Of a DNA stretch of 64,000 nt, positions 12,828 through 32,760 are shown piece after piece. The notes below the pieces were generated by a model, which saw only the letters and a program-made list of their open reading frames with translations, had not been told where the DNA came from and searched no databases. The DNA lies in assembly GCF_009914755.1 (NCBI RefSeq), contig NC_060930.1; one strand, given 5' to 3'. A program made the position numbers and the translations under genes. The first letter of the stretch is position 1; every line of letters starts with the position of its first letter. Source of the stretch: the human T2T-CHM13v2.0 reference genome, Homo sapiens.

Positions 12828-14969
12828 TGTTATGTTAGACATAGGTCTTTAAACTTGTAGGTTCAGTAATCTTTCTATTACACAATAGACTGTAAAAGAG
12901 CATACATATACCAGTACATTTTTTTTGAGAGTTGAAAACAAAAATTTAGAGAAATGGTTGGTGATCTTTTCTCCTTGGCCAAATTGAAATGGAGCAAGAT
13001 AACACACATGCAGTTTGAGTGTAATGTTCTACTTCTTTCAACTTCTTTTATATTGTCTTGTTTAAAACTAATCCTGGCATAACACAGGGATTACCTGTTG
13101 TTCCTTGTTGCTAAAATCCGGCTTAATTTAGACACTGACAATTATATTGCTGAATGGTTTTAATGTTTATCACATAAACATAATTTTGGTAACTGACATA
13201 TCTTTATCACACAAGTATAATTTAGCCAAATTTGGATAGTTCACTTTAGTATTTGGTCATATACGCAAGCAAATTACCATAATACTTTTGTTTTTCTTGT
13301 TGTTGTTTTTTGAGACAGGGTCTTGTTCTGTCTACTAGGCAGAGTGCAGTGGTGCAGTCATAGCTCACTGCAGCCTCAAACTCCTAGATTCCAGCAATTC
13401 TCCCAGTTCAGCATCCTAAAGTGCTGGCATTACAGGCGTGAGCCACTGTGCCTGGCCCCATAATGCTTTTGTAATTTCAGTTTTTTCGGCCAGAGTGATC
13501 TAAAATGTAGTAATTAATGAAGTCCTAGTATACTGCTACTTGGCCTGTATGCCCGTAATCACCAGGTGACTGAAGGCAGAGTTTATTGTCTCTCCAGCCC
13601 TCCCCCATTTCACACTCTACTGAGCACAGAACAAGATGTAAATTGACACAGATAAAGTCTGCTTTTGGTAGCCTTTCTGTCCCTTTTTCATGCCTCTGTT
13701 ATACCTATGGCCACTCTCCTTGGGCCTCATGTGTTCTAGCTTCCTAAGCCCCCACCTATAGCAGGGCCAGGCTTATCTCCGAAGGAGCCATGCCACACAG
13801 TTTTCTATCTTCCCCCACCTCAGCGGTCAAATGTCCGTGCCCTTAGACTACCTGGTTTGGCAGATGTGTGTCTCTTGGAGACAGGACCAGGCTTTATTCA
13901 TCTTTCTCTGGCCCTGAGGTTAGTGTCAGGCACATACAGGGTTCAGTAAATGTTTGAATTCAATTCAAGTAAGTGAACAAAGTGGCAGTGACATCACTAT
14001 TAATCCATTAGCCTTTTTAGGTATATGCTTCTGTAAAAGGGTGCCTGACACCCTGTAAAACCTCAGTTGTTGGAATTTATAGTTAAAGAGTTGAAGTTTA
14101 AGACTTTAGGGAAGAGATTTGGAGGAGGGGGAGTTCCTCTCAAAACAGTCAGCTACAACCTCTTTTCTTCCATTTCTGAACCTGCAGAATCTCGAAAGCT
14201 TCAATCTTTTTTTCTAGCAGCAAAATAAATTGTACTTGGAACAAAAGAAAGATTGGAGAGATGTTTATATTGAGAAAATTACAGATCTGAAAGTAGGGAC
14301 TAAATATCAACATGATAAAAATGATCTTACAAAAATACTCAGGCTTGATGTTTATTCTCTACATTTTATTATATACGTGTCTTATTAGGCTTACATTTTC
14401 TTTTTTTTTAATGGAGCAGGAATCTTGCTAATGTAAAACCGAGGTGTGAAGTCATTTTCACTTCATTCTGATCCCATTACATTTGTCCCCACTCCAATTG
14501 GCCTGTTATGTGAGATAATATTGTAGTGCCTTGTTTGTCAGCATATGTCATCTCTCACCTAGCTAGAACTCGGTGGAAAACAAGTTAAAAAAAATTTGAG
14601 CTACCAAAAGAAACCTCAGAAAGCCCACAGTTTCTTTTCTAGTGGTGTCAATGGTGAAAGAAGCATATGTATGGAAGCATGAAAGACATGGAAAATCTGT
14701 CAGGGGTTCCTTTCCCTCTGTGGTAATGGTCATCCCACCGAAGATACAGAAAGGCCAGAACTTAGGTAGATAAGGCATGATTATGTTCATATGAGATCTG
14801 TGTGTGTTTTTTGATTTTCAGTTTAAGAGTTCTAAATGTAATGTTTAAAGAAATAAAATGTAGTTTTGAACATTTTTCTTTTCTTCTTAAGTCTGTAAAA
14901 ATATGTTACCCTAGAGGAATTGCACAGACACACACACACACACAATTTATTTTTCTTGTATTTTTGCAG

Positions 14970-15214
14970 GAAGGCGTGGAAGCTGAAAAGAAAGCTATCT
15001 CTCTCCTTTCTAAATTACGGAATGAATTGCAAACAGATAAACCATTTATCCCCTTGGTTGAGAAATTTGTTGATACTGATATATGGAATCAGTACCTAGA
15101 ATATCAACAGAGTCTTTTAAATGAAAGTGATGGAAAATCAAGATGGTTCTACTCACCGTGGTTGTTGGTAGAATGTTACATGTATCGAAGAATTCATGAA
15201 GCAATTATCCAGAG
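14970..15214 (+). CDS. ARMT1: ARMT1 exon 3 (EGVEAEKK...WFYSPWLLVECYMYRRIHEAIIQ)
   Basis: TTTTTGCAG acceptor, AG|GTACGT donor, 245 nt, contained in ORF 14802..15248. Confidence 0.96.
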
Positions 15215-15349
15215 GTACGTGTGTAATCATCAACTATCAAATGTTTAGATAATTTATACTTTTTCTGAAATTGTAAAAGGATAAGTTTAAAAATAAGCAC
15301 CAGTGGAAGCTTGAATTTGGTTGAGTTTAGCAAATCTTAATAGCATTGT

Positions 15350-15411
15350 TGGACATTTCTACAAATGTTACTGATGGACATTTCTACAAATGTTACTGAT
15401 GGACATTTCTA
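15350..15411. repeat. 25-bp tandem repeat x2.5 (TGGACATTTCTACAAATGTTACTGA)
   Basis: Direct reading. Confidence 0.9.
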
Positions 15412-15497
15412 TAGCTGTTACCAATTTAACAGATTCTTGGCAATTATAATCTACTTGCCTAGAATAGACATAAGAGTAAATATCTAAAGTACGAATT

Positions 15498-18320
<2,823 letters not shown>

Positions 18321-18839
18321 ACCCCACATAGTTTTAGATTATTGTGTTGGAATAAATACAAATTGCTTAATTTATCTGGGGTGGGGCCTGGGTATCAGTT
18401 TTTCTTTCGGAAGCTCAGGGAGTGATGATATCCACTGGTTCAGCGAACAGATTGTTAAATGGGATAGAGGGAACATGCATCTTTAAGTTCAAGAAACTAG
18501 AATGTTGCACAATCACGGATGTAGAACTCTTCCCAAAGCGGTTTCTGTGGCAGATAAAGAGCCATCTTACAATGGAGCCAGCACTGAAGTAATTCTTAAA
18601 TGTCTAATTTTTAGGTTCTTCTATGGGGGATCCCTATCCTAGGTCAATGGCAACTCCAGACTGACCAGCTTTTATAAAAGACATGTTTATATTGATTTAC
18701 CATTTTACACTGAAACATGCAATAGTCTGCCAGTCTAAATTAAGATTCAAAGTTTTAGCCATATGTGAAATTTAAACATATTAGGTAAATACACTTCAGA
18801 TATTGAAAGATGAAAGTACAGAGAAAATATTAGATTTTT

Positions 18840-19390
18840 AGAAAAACTTTTTAATAAAGTGTAATATACATATAGAAAAATGTGCATGTCTTATGTGTTC
18901 AAGAACATACTTGTGTACCCAGTGCCCAGATCAAGAGACGGAACCTTACAGACCCCAAAAGTCCACTTTGAGTCCCTTTCCAGTCACTGCCTTCATTACT
19001 CCTCAAGGATAACCATTGTTCTGACCTGTGTTAGTTTTGCCTGTTTTTTAACTTTACTGAAATGAAATGATACAGTGTATAGTTTTGTGTCTGGCTTCTT
19101 TCACTCATTTTTATGTTTGTGAGACTCATCCATATGTTACAATATAATTATAGATCATTCATTCTCATTGCTTTATAATATTGCATTTTATGAGCATATT
19201 ACAATCTGTTTACTTCGTTGTGATGGATATTTGAGTACTTTTCAGTTTGGAGTTGTTAGGAAGAATGCTGCTATAAACATTCTGACACTTTTTTGCTGAA
19301 CATATGTATGAATACATCTGTTGGATATATCCCTCCCTAGAAGTGAATCACTGGGTCATAGTGTGTGTACATACACAGCTTTAGTAGATT
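18840..19390 (-). mobile_element. Old L1M fragment
   Basis: TTTTGTGTCTGGCTTCTTTCACTCA...AATGCTGCTATAAACATT is typical of antisense L1M 3' sequence. Confidence 0.65.
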
Positions 19391-19539
19391 CTAAAATAGA
19401 AAACATTCTAAAATGAGAATTTATATATAGTTATGTGAGTTTACTCTCTTAAATACGAAAATAAGGCTCATTCTTAATATGAGATGTGACTTTAATGAAT
19501 GGTTTGTTAATAAAACATTAGAACATGTTTTATTAGAAC

Positions 19540-19825
19540 TTTCTGTAAAGGGCCAGGTAGTAAATCTTTTAGGCATAGGGGCCGTGTGGTCTCTGTTGCA
19601 GCTGCCGAACCTGCCATTGTCGTGTGAATGCAACCTTAAATAATATGTAAGAATGAGCATGGCTGTGTTCTAAAGAAACTTTATTCAGCGGACACCGAAA
19701 TTTGAATTTCATGTGTTACAAAATACTACTTTTCTTTCACTTTGTTTTCAGCCATTCAAAAATATAAAAACCACTCTTAGCATGTGAGTCAGACAGAACA
19801 GGTGGTGGGCCGGATTGGGTCTGTG
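19540..19825 (+). mobile_element. MER58B-like non-autonomous hAT element
   Basis: TTCTGTAAAGGGCCAGGTAGTAAAT...ATGAGCATGGCTGTGTTC...GGTGGTGGGCCGGATT resembles the MER58 consensus. Confidence 0.75.
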
Positions 19826-19839
19826 CATCCGAATGATTT

Positions 19840-20300
19840 TTATCCTTTTAAGTCACCTTGAGAGACTGACTGATTTCAGCGGTGCTGCCATTGCTAAAAC
19901 CATCTTTGAATTATTTGGAACTTCTTTCAGAGCCAGTTTACATGCCTCAAAATGAAAATTAGTCTTCCTGTATTTTTACTCATTTTTGATTAAAAAAAAA
20001 GTTTTTATCCAATTTGATCACACACCTCATTCTACTGAAATCACTCCGAGTGACTTTTGGCTGTTTCCAAAAATAAATTGACTCCAAAGGATGAAGATAT
20101 GTGATCACTGACAGGAGGTTTAATGATGTGCCATAGGTTCTGAAGAAAATTCCTAAAGAGGAATTCCAAAAGTGCTCTGAGCAATGGCAGCGCCCTTGGA
20201 ATAAGGGTGTAGCTTCCCGAGGTGACTGACTGGCTGGAAGGAGGCAGCCATCATTTGGATGTTTAAATACTGGTATGTTATTTAAAAAAACAAAACAAAA
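19840..20300 (+). mobile_element. Mariner fossil (MARNA-like) with a transposase C-terminal remnant
   Basis: DHTPHSTEITPSDFWLFPKI from 20016 (compare mariner HPPYSPDLAPSDF) and LKKIPKEEFQKCSEQWQRPWNKGVASRGD, with stops and frameshifts. Confidence 0.75.
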
Positions 20301-21094
20301 CAAATCAAGCCGATTACATCAGTGTTAGATTGTTTTTACCCTAACATGAATGACCCATGGAAAAAGTAGCTAATTTGGAAGACCCAATAATCTGAATGTC
20401 TTTTATATTCAATTCAGTAAAGATTATTATATTAGTATTTATATCTCCTTAGTTATGATTTTCTTAGGCCAATATAATATGATTTAATCTCTCACTGGAA
20501 AACATGAAGGTGTAGCCATGCTACATATATCACCTTTGGTTAAAGTTGCCCAAAAATACCTAAAATTAGTGATAAAAAATTATCATTCTTCTAAAACTTA
20601 CAATAGTATTGTCTGATTTATCTTAAGTACTCATTGTATTTCCATCATACTCTGTGTTTCATTCTGTTAATGATTGCTGCATTGTATTCAAATATTCTGT
20701 TTATATTCTATACATTTGTTACTGGAACTCTGCCACATCGGTGGTTAAAAAATGTTTGTTGAACTAAAGCAGTTGTCTTGAAATTTATCTTTCTCCTTCT
20801 TGTGCCCTGGAATCCCTGCTAGGTAGATAATTATGAGCATAGTCACTATCACTATTTAATATGTCCAGAAAAATACTTGATTTGGGAACTTTTTTGACAA
20901 TTAAAATGAGTTTGAGAGATTTTTGTGTAATTTGATTATTTAGTATTAAGTTTTTCTAGTTAATTAGATAAATGTTATATCTAGTTTCTGTTAGCACTGA
21001 TTATTGAGACTGTATGGTGCTATTTTCTTTCAAGAACTGCAGTTATCCAAATGTACAAACTAAAATGTTTCACTTTGTTTTTCTCCTACTTTAG

Positions 21095-21260
21095 TCCACC
21101 AATCGATTACTTTGATGTATTTAAAGAATCAAAAGAGCAAAATTTCTATGGGTCACAGGAATCCATCATTGCTTTATGTACTCACCTGCAACAATTGATA
21201 AGAACTATTGAAGACCTAGATGAAAATCAGCTGAAAGATGAGTTTTTTAAACTTCTGCAG
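21095..21260 (+). CDS. ARMT1: ARMT1 exon 4 (SPPIDYFDVFKESK...FFKLLQ)
   Basis: CTACTTTAG acceptor, CAG|GTAAAT donor, 166 nt. Confidence 0.96.
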
Positions 21261-22539
21261 GTAAATGTGATCATTAATCTTCTGAGTATGTTTTATTTAA
21301 ACAGAAAATAAACTGCTATACAGTTAACAAAACATGTAAATATTTTTCTTTGCTATAATTGATGATTTTTTATCTAGTGGTGTTAAAAGATGAAAATCCA
21401 TTTAATTGCTAGAAATGGGTTTGAAATATTTTTCTGCTCTCACTGGCTATGATTTTAGTGGCAAAGAAGTTATCTGACTTCCTAGCTTCTGTCATACTTG
21501 AGAGAATACTTCATAGTAATTTGCTTAGCTTTTGTCATGCTTGAAAGAATTCTTAATAGTAATTTGGTCTCCCAGCTGACTTGGGTGTGTGTTGGCTCTG
21601 TGGCTAATTTGTGTTTGGACCTGAGGCCTGTCACTTAATTTCTCTGGGCCTCAGTTTCCTCCTCTGTTCAGTGAGGATAATGTATACTGTGTAATTTGAT
21701 GTGAGAATTCAACTAGATGCTTGCATGTGAAGTGCTGAGCACAGAGCCTGGGATACAGCCTGCTGTTAGCATCGGTAGGTGATAATACTCGGGTATTCAG
21801 TTGGCCCATTAATACAGTTTCATTACATTTCTTTATCTTGTATTCAGTTTAGTTTTTAATTCATGCAAACATCCTGAAATTTACAACACATTATTAGAAT
21901 CAGAACTATTAGGAGACGTGGTACACAGCAGTATCCCCAGCCCTCACATTTTCCAGAAAAAGTGAGGAAGACTTTCAAAAAGAAATGTTAGAAAGTGCTA
22001 TGAAGAGAAATAAAGCAGGAAAAGGGCGTTGGGAATGTTGGAGAAGGGATCAGGGCTGCCAGGGAAGGGTCCATGGAGGCTGAGGCCACAGACCTGAAGG
22101 CAGGGAAGGAGTAAGTCAGGTGTATGTCTGCGGAGTACATGGAGAGGTGAGAAAAATTGCAAGGAAACCCTGTAGTTACTGAGAGGTAGCGGGGTGGAAG
22201 GGACACAGAACGGCTTGTATTAAATAAATTTTTACTAAAAGTGAAACAGAAGCCATCAGAGGGTTTTGAACAGAGAGGTAATGCTATTTGACTATTTCAA
22301 GGAATGTTTCTGAGAATAGACTGCAGGGGCTGAAGGTGGAAATGGGGAGAGCTGGTCTGAAAATGACTTGGGGAGGGAGGTTGGGGCCAAGTTGGTAGCA
22401 TAAGAGTTAGTGACATCACCAGAGCCTGGGTGTTCTTTGAACATAGAAGCTACAGAACTTGCTAACAGATTATACCTGGAGACGAAGCCCTGGTGAGACC
22501 CCGAGGGCAAGCAAAGTCACAAATAAAGGCATATTTTGA

Positions 22540-22963
<424 letters not shown>

Positions 22964-23581
22964 TGACTCCTAGCTAGCCCATTCTTTCAGGGAATCATCT
23001 TCTTTGAATGTGTTCTTTGTCCCATAGTATAATAAACTATGAAGAAGAATGAGCATGCATCTATTTTCTGTCATCTGATTTAGCTAACAACTTCTTCACA
23101 CTGTCACTGTGCTCCCAAGTGAAGGGGGCCAGAGTTGCCTCCATTTGGTGTCCGCAGTGAGCAACAGGTTAACGTTTCAAGGGAAGCTTGAAAACATTCT
23201 CGTTTTCAGAGAATGTTGATCTCTTTCAAAAGTCATAGCACTCTCCCACTGTCGACACACACATTTCTGGGGCTACTGTGTCAAATGCCATTCTAGGTGC
23301 TGGGCACGTAGTGGTAAAACAAGAACAGGCTGATCCTCCCTATCAAAACTTGTAATCTTGAGGGAATATAGACAATGAAGTAATTGCACAAAGAGCTATG
23401 CCATTACAAACTGGAAGACGGTGTGAAGGGAAAGTGCAGGAGGCTAGCACAGAACCTGCTCTCAGTCGCTGAAGGCCATCGTGGACACCATTGTATGAAT
23501 TTCTTCAGGAAACTCTAGAAAAAGGTGACCTTGGACACTTTAGTTATTATTTAAGCCTTTTTTTTAAAAAAAATTTATTCA

Positions 23582-24093
<512 letters not shown>

Positions 24094-24990
24094 ATCACAA
24101 ATGAGAGTAGAGTCTGTTTTGGCTAGTGTTTATTGAGTACTTCTATATGCCAGGTATTTGGTACATTATTTACATGCATTATATCAATTCTCACAATAAT
24201 TCTGTGAGGTAAGTACTAGTATCTCGTTTTTCAGTTGCAGGACTTGAGCCTTAGAGAGCTTAAGTAATTTGTTGATGATCATAAACTGAAGATGCTGAGT
24301 TTGAACCCAGGTCGAGCTGGAAGTCCTAAACGTGTAATTTTATGGCTTAAAAAAAAATAGGCCTACATACTGTTTTTCTACAAAATGTAATTGAGTATTA
24401 ATTCAATTTAAAGCTGAATAAGATAATTGATTACAATGGGTCTTTAGTTAACATGACCTTGTTTAAAAAGTAGCGTCTTTAGATATCACTTTGTTCAGTT
24501 TTTTAAATTTTACAAATGAGAGAACCAAATCCCAGAGAGGTGTCACGTCCTAAGGTTATGCAATTAGTGAAAGAAACTGGACAGTTCTGCAGGGCCAAGG
24601 AGGAAAAAATAAACTTTTATTTCTTCTCTTGACTCTGGATTATATGGGCAACTTTGAGCCTCTCTTCACACATCCGATGATGTTCTAATATCTGCAAGCT
24701 GCAAAAACTTTTATTCTGAATAAACAATGTGAGTGCTGAAATAATTGAAACCAGTTTTTTTAAGTCCATTACATACTGATGAATTAAAAATTTCAGTTTT
24801 ATCTTGTTAATACAGCATCATGTGAAATAATTTTTGTGCATTGTTAGAGAAAGTATAGATTTGATGGGCATGTAAAGAGTTTTGTAGATATTTAGTAGTT
24901 TTTTAGCAATGTCCCCCCATCCCGCTACATAATGGAGTTTTGTTGGCTATTCAGAAGAAGGGTGAATATTTTGTACTTTTTCTTTTTCAG

Positions 24991-25758
24991 ATTTCACTGT
25001 GGGGAAATAAGTGTGATCTGTCTCTCTCAGGTGGAGAAAGTAGTTCTCAGAATACCAATGTACTAAATTCATTGGAAGACCTAAAACCTTTCATTTTATT
25101 GAATGATATGGAACATCTTTGGTCATTGCTTAGCAATTGCAAGAAAACAAGAGAAAAAGCTTCTGCTACTAGAGTGTATATTGTTCTCGATAATTCTGGA
25201 TTTGAGCTTGTTACAGATTTAATATTAGCCGACTTCTTGTTGTCCTCTGAACTGGCTACTGAGGTTCATTTTTATGGAAAAACAATTCCATGGTTTGTTT
25301 CTGATACTACTATACATGATTTTAATTGGTTAATTGAACAGGTAAAACACAGTAATCATAAGTGGATGTCCAAGTGTGGGACTGACTGGGAAGAGTATAT
25401 TAAAATGGGTAAATGGGTTTACCACAATCATATATTTTGGACTCTGCCTCATGAGTACTGTGCAATGCCTCAGGTTGCACCTGACTTATATGCTGAACTA
25501 CAGAAGGCACATTTAATTTTATTCAAGGGTGATTTGAATTACAGGAAGTTGACAGGTGACAGAAAATGGGAGTTTTCTGTTCCATTTCATCAGGCTCTGA
25601 ATGGCTTCCATCCTGCACCACTCTGTACCATAAGAACATTAAAAGCTGAAATTCAGGTTGGTCTGCAGCCTGGGCAAGGGGAACAGCTCCTGGCCTCTGA
25701 GCCCAGCTGGTGGACCACTGGAAAATATGGAATATTTCAGTACGATGGTCCCCTTTGA
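24991..25758 (+). CDS. ARMT1: ARMT1 exon 5 coding part; DUF89-family metal-dependent damage-control phosphatase (DCPH1/C6orf211, also described as a protein-glutamate methyltransferase)
   Basis: TTTTTCAG acceptor; 768 nt to TGA; joined CDS is 1326 nt = 441 aa. Motifs LWGNKCDLS, VLDNSGFE (D253/N254), PWFVSD (D291), KGDLNYRKL and RTLK are typical of DUF89 proteins. Confidence 0.97.
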   Translation: MSLWGNKCDLSLSGGESSSQNTNVLNSLEDLKPFILLNDMEHLWSLLSNCKKTREKASATRVYIVLDNSGFELVTDLILADFLLSSELATEVHFYGKTIPWFVSDTTIHDFNWLIEQVKHSNHKWMSKCGTDWEEYIKMGKWVYHNHIFWTLPHEYCAMPQVAPDLYAELQKAHLILFKGDLNYRKLTGDRKWEFSVPFHQALNGFHPAPLCTIRTLKAEIQVGLQPGQGEQLLASEPSWWTTGKYGIFQYDGPL

Positions 25759-26693
25759 CTTGATTTAGGAGCTCTCAGTTGCATAGAAAGATCTGGTGAG
25801 CACCTTTTCATCCCCAGAAAAGGAGCACGTGAATTGAGTCGCCTGGCGGCTCTGTACGCGCTCAGGGAAGCTTAGCTTCTTGGTGCCCATCTACGTGCAC
25901 TGGATGATTTTTCTTTTGAACATTTTGCCCCACTACACTGTTTTGGGGATAGCTGGGTTAAGCAAGTTAAAGATATTTACATTTATATTGGAATTTTAGC
26001 AACTTTTTTTCAGGTTAAATATATAATTTCAAGTGCTTTTAATGAACTTATTTTTAATTGGCTAGGGAGCAAAAAATAAGTGAGTTCTGCTTTTAGTTAG
26101 TTAACCTTGTTCTTTTCTTAAATAGTACACTGCATGGTATTTAATATTCCAGGAAGCATGGGATTTTATTTTGCTTGATTTTGGGCACATGAAATAATAG
26201 CTCTAGGAAAATGCGCATCTTAATGACTCTTTGTAAAGAGAGGCATTTCTTACAACTGTGATGTTTGCTTACATAAAAGTTACCTCATAAGTTAATTCTA
26301 ACTTTTATTCTTGAATTTTATTTCATTTCAATAGCTTGTTTCATTTGCACGCCTTTGTATTTTGATTGACCTGTAGAATGGATGTTAGGAAACTCAAAAT
26401 TGAACACAGTGAAACAAATGGTATTTGAAGAAATGTAATATCTTTTATATTCTATTTATGATATCCATAATCAAATGAGATTATTTTACCACATAAATGT
26501 TTTAAATATCAGATTTTTAGTTTGCAGTTTTAGGAAAATGCTTTAGATAGAAAAGGTTCTTATGCATTGAATTTGGAGTACTACCAACAATGAATGAATT
26601 TATTTTTTATATTCTTACACATTTTATTGGTCATTGTCACAGATAGTAAATACTAAAAATTTCAGGTCAGTTTGTTTTGAAACTGAAATTGGA

Positions 26694-26732
26694 AATAAAT
26701 CTGGAAATGTTTTGTTGCACTAAAATAATAAA
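26694..26732 (+). terminator. ARMT1: ARMT1 polyadenylation signals (3' UTR about 25759-26745)
   Basis: AATAAA at 26694-26699 and 26727-26732 at the end of an AU-rich, repeat-free ~1 kb UTR, followed by GT/T-rich sequence. Confidence 0.75.
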
Positions 26733-27295
26733 ATGAATTGTACTGAAAATCTCCTTGGTTTTATTTTCTAGTGGGGAAAAGTCAAGAAAGGAAGATTAAA
26801 AATGAGATTTATATAAAAAGAGACATAATATATATTCTAGATGTTGCCAAAAGCAGTTATTAAATATCATTTATAAAAGGTTATTAGTCTATGCTCTTGC
26901 TAAGTATTAAAAAAGATTTTTGCAAAATGTTTATATAAAGCTGTACATTTTGAATCTACTGTGTTTCTTTATCCACATGTGTGCCTATTTTAAAGAGTAA
27001 GTTTGTAAAATGCTTCCATATTAGAATTATTTGTAGGCATTTGACATAATTTAGAACACAGTTGTATATTTAGGTTGACTTCATAGCCACCGTGTGAGCT
27101 CCAGCACTGGAAGTAGTTCAGCACCCCCACTCCCCCATGAAAAAGAGCAAGGAAGCAAACTAGTGCGAGAAAGGTGGCACTGAGGAAGAGGAAGTCAGGT
27201 CAAGGTGGAATTTTTTTTAATGCTTAGCAGGAGGAAGGGCCTACCTATGTTTTCACCAGTTAATTTTTAAGTTTTAATGTTAGTTTAGTGTTGTT

Positions 27296-29940
<2,645 letters not shown>

Positions 29941-30470
29941 AAATACTTTTATTGCAAAACATTGGTGTTGGAGCTGCTTAAACTCCTCTTAAGGGTCTCT
30001 AAAGTGAGGGACTGCCAACCTTCTCTCAACCCCCGTCAACACTCCCCCCATCCTGCTTCCAACACTCTTGTTTCCACCTGAGCAAATGTGGCCTACACAT
30101 GTTTAGTATGGGTGTAGACGAGCACAGTGAGAAAGCTGAGGTTCTGCAATGGGGTGTGAATGGGTTTTCCACTGAAGAGCTGAGTAGCCTTCCCAAAATA
30201 GCATCTTTAATTGTTTCTCAACTGCTACCACACCTACATATGAAGTAAGTGTAGCTTATAAATTTCATGCAATACATTTTTATCAAGACGTAGATCCAGT
30301 ATTGTAGGTATATTAGGATGAAAATGTAGATGAAGGGCAGGTAAATAATTATGCAGAGAATGGTGTTTTTATTTAACAGCAAGTGGACAAGATTTGTTGG
30401 CATGATCCAGCTTTTCTTTTCTTTTCCTTTTTTTTTTTTTTTTGAGAAGGAGTCTTGCTCTGTCACCTAG

Positions 30471-30749
<279 letters not shown>

Positions 30750-31779
30750 TAATTTGAGGCAGTGTTTGTGTTTGATAAAATGCAGTAATGTTTTTGAACC
30801 TTTATAAAGCCAAAATCCGAGTTGCTTATTCTCAAGGTCATGTTTCTATAAAAGAAAACGCACCAGCCACAAAAAGCAACACAGTTTAAACCTTTATTTG
30901 CATTTTAAGAAAACCCCAGAGTGTATTGAAAATGTAGTTCAAAGTTGCTGTTAAAATTTCCTCTCCCAATCATTTTTCTAACACAGCCCTCTGCCCAAAC
31001 TCCCACTAAGCCTTATTCCAGAACATCTGCCACAAAATGTCTTTTTTCCTCTTTTTGTCTCTACCCTCTTTTTTTTTTTGCTAGATTGAGAGTGGAGAAG
31101 ACTTTGAACACTTCTATGCATTCATGTCATTACCTAGATAAAGTGCTCATGCCATGTCTGACACTCCTGGTAAGTATTAAGTGATATCTTGAAATTGCAG
31201 CAAATGAATACAGCAGAGGAAAAGAAAACTCAGAAAAACAACAACAGTGGTAACACCATCTCCAAATACCCCTGTTAAGATTTGATGTATATATTGCTAA
31301 GTTCTTCTTTATGTATAGACATACTTTTTTTTTTTACATTTCTAAGATAAAAAAGCAGAATCATATCATTAAAACTTTTTTTTTTTTTTTTTTTTGAGAC
31401 GAGGTCTCGCTCTCTCGCTCAGGCACTCACAGCAGCCTCGACCTCCTAGGCTCAAGTGATCTTCCCACCTCAGCCTTCCAAGTAGCTGAGACTACAAGTG
31501 TGCACCACCATGCCTGGCTAATTTAAAATTTTTTTTGTAGAGATGAGGTCTCACTTCGTTGCCCAGGCTGGTCTCAAACTACTGGGCTCAAACGAGACTA
31601 CTGCCTCAACCTCCCAAAGTGCTGGGATTACAGGCATGTGCCTATATCCAGCCTTTTTTTTTTTTTTTTTTTTTTAATTCTTAAGTATTTTTCGAACTTC
31701 TAAGTTTTGTTTGGTTGGTTGGTTTTGTTCTTGTTGTCGTTTTACTTTTTGTGGGGTTTTTGTTTGTTTAGTTTACTAA

Positions 31780-32145
<366 letters not shown>

Positions 32146-32204
32146 TGACCCTGGTACTAAATAATGGCGTGAGACTCATAAATACTTGATTTCTAATTCT
32201 TGAT

Positions 32205-32591
32205 TGTCTTAGTCCATTGGTGCCACTATAACAAAATACCTGAGACTAGGTAGTTTAAAAACGACAGAAATTTATTTCTCATAGTTCTGGAGGCTGGGAG
32301 TCCAAGATCAAGGTGCCAGCAGGTTTGTGGACTGGTGAGGTCCTGGTCTCAGCTTCCAAGATGGTGCCTTCTTGCTGCATCTTCTGGAGGAGGGGAGGAA
32401 CACAGTGTCCTCACGTGGAGAAGGCGGACGGGCAAGGGAGCTGAATGCCGCGTGACGAGTCTGAAACCCATCTGTGAAGGAGGATCCCTCCTGACCTAAT
32501 CACCTCTTAAAGGCCCCGCCTATTAATATCACCCTATTGGCCACCAGTTTCAACACATGAATTTTGGAGGGGATAGATTCAAATCATAGCA
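32205..32591. mobile_element. MaLR solo LTR (MLT1A-like)
   Basis: TGTCTTAGTCC...AAATTTATTTCTCATAGTTCTGGAGGCTGG...TCCAAGATCAAGGTGCCAGCA...TTCAAATCATAGCA. Confidence 0.8.
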
Positions 32592-32741
32592 CCAGTCTAC
32601 TGTGAACTATGTGACCTGAGTCACATTCTTACCATTTTGCTGGAAAAAGAAACGTTAATTCCGGTCAATTTAAACTACATTGAATCCCAAACTCAAATTA
32701 CCCGAGGGAAACTGGAAACTTGCTGAAAGGTATTAACATTC

Positions 32742-32760
32742 TGGCACCCCCTAGTGGCCA
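32742..32760 (-). promoter_or_regulatory. Candidate CTCF binding site
   Basis: TGGCCACTAGGGGGTGCCA, 16/19 identical to the canonical consensus TGGCCACCAGGGGGCGCTA, in non-repetitive sequence. Confidence 0.7.
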
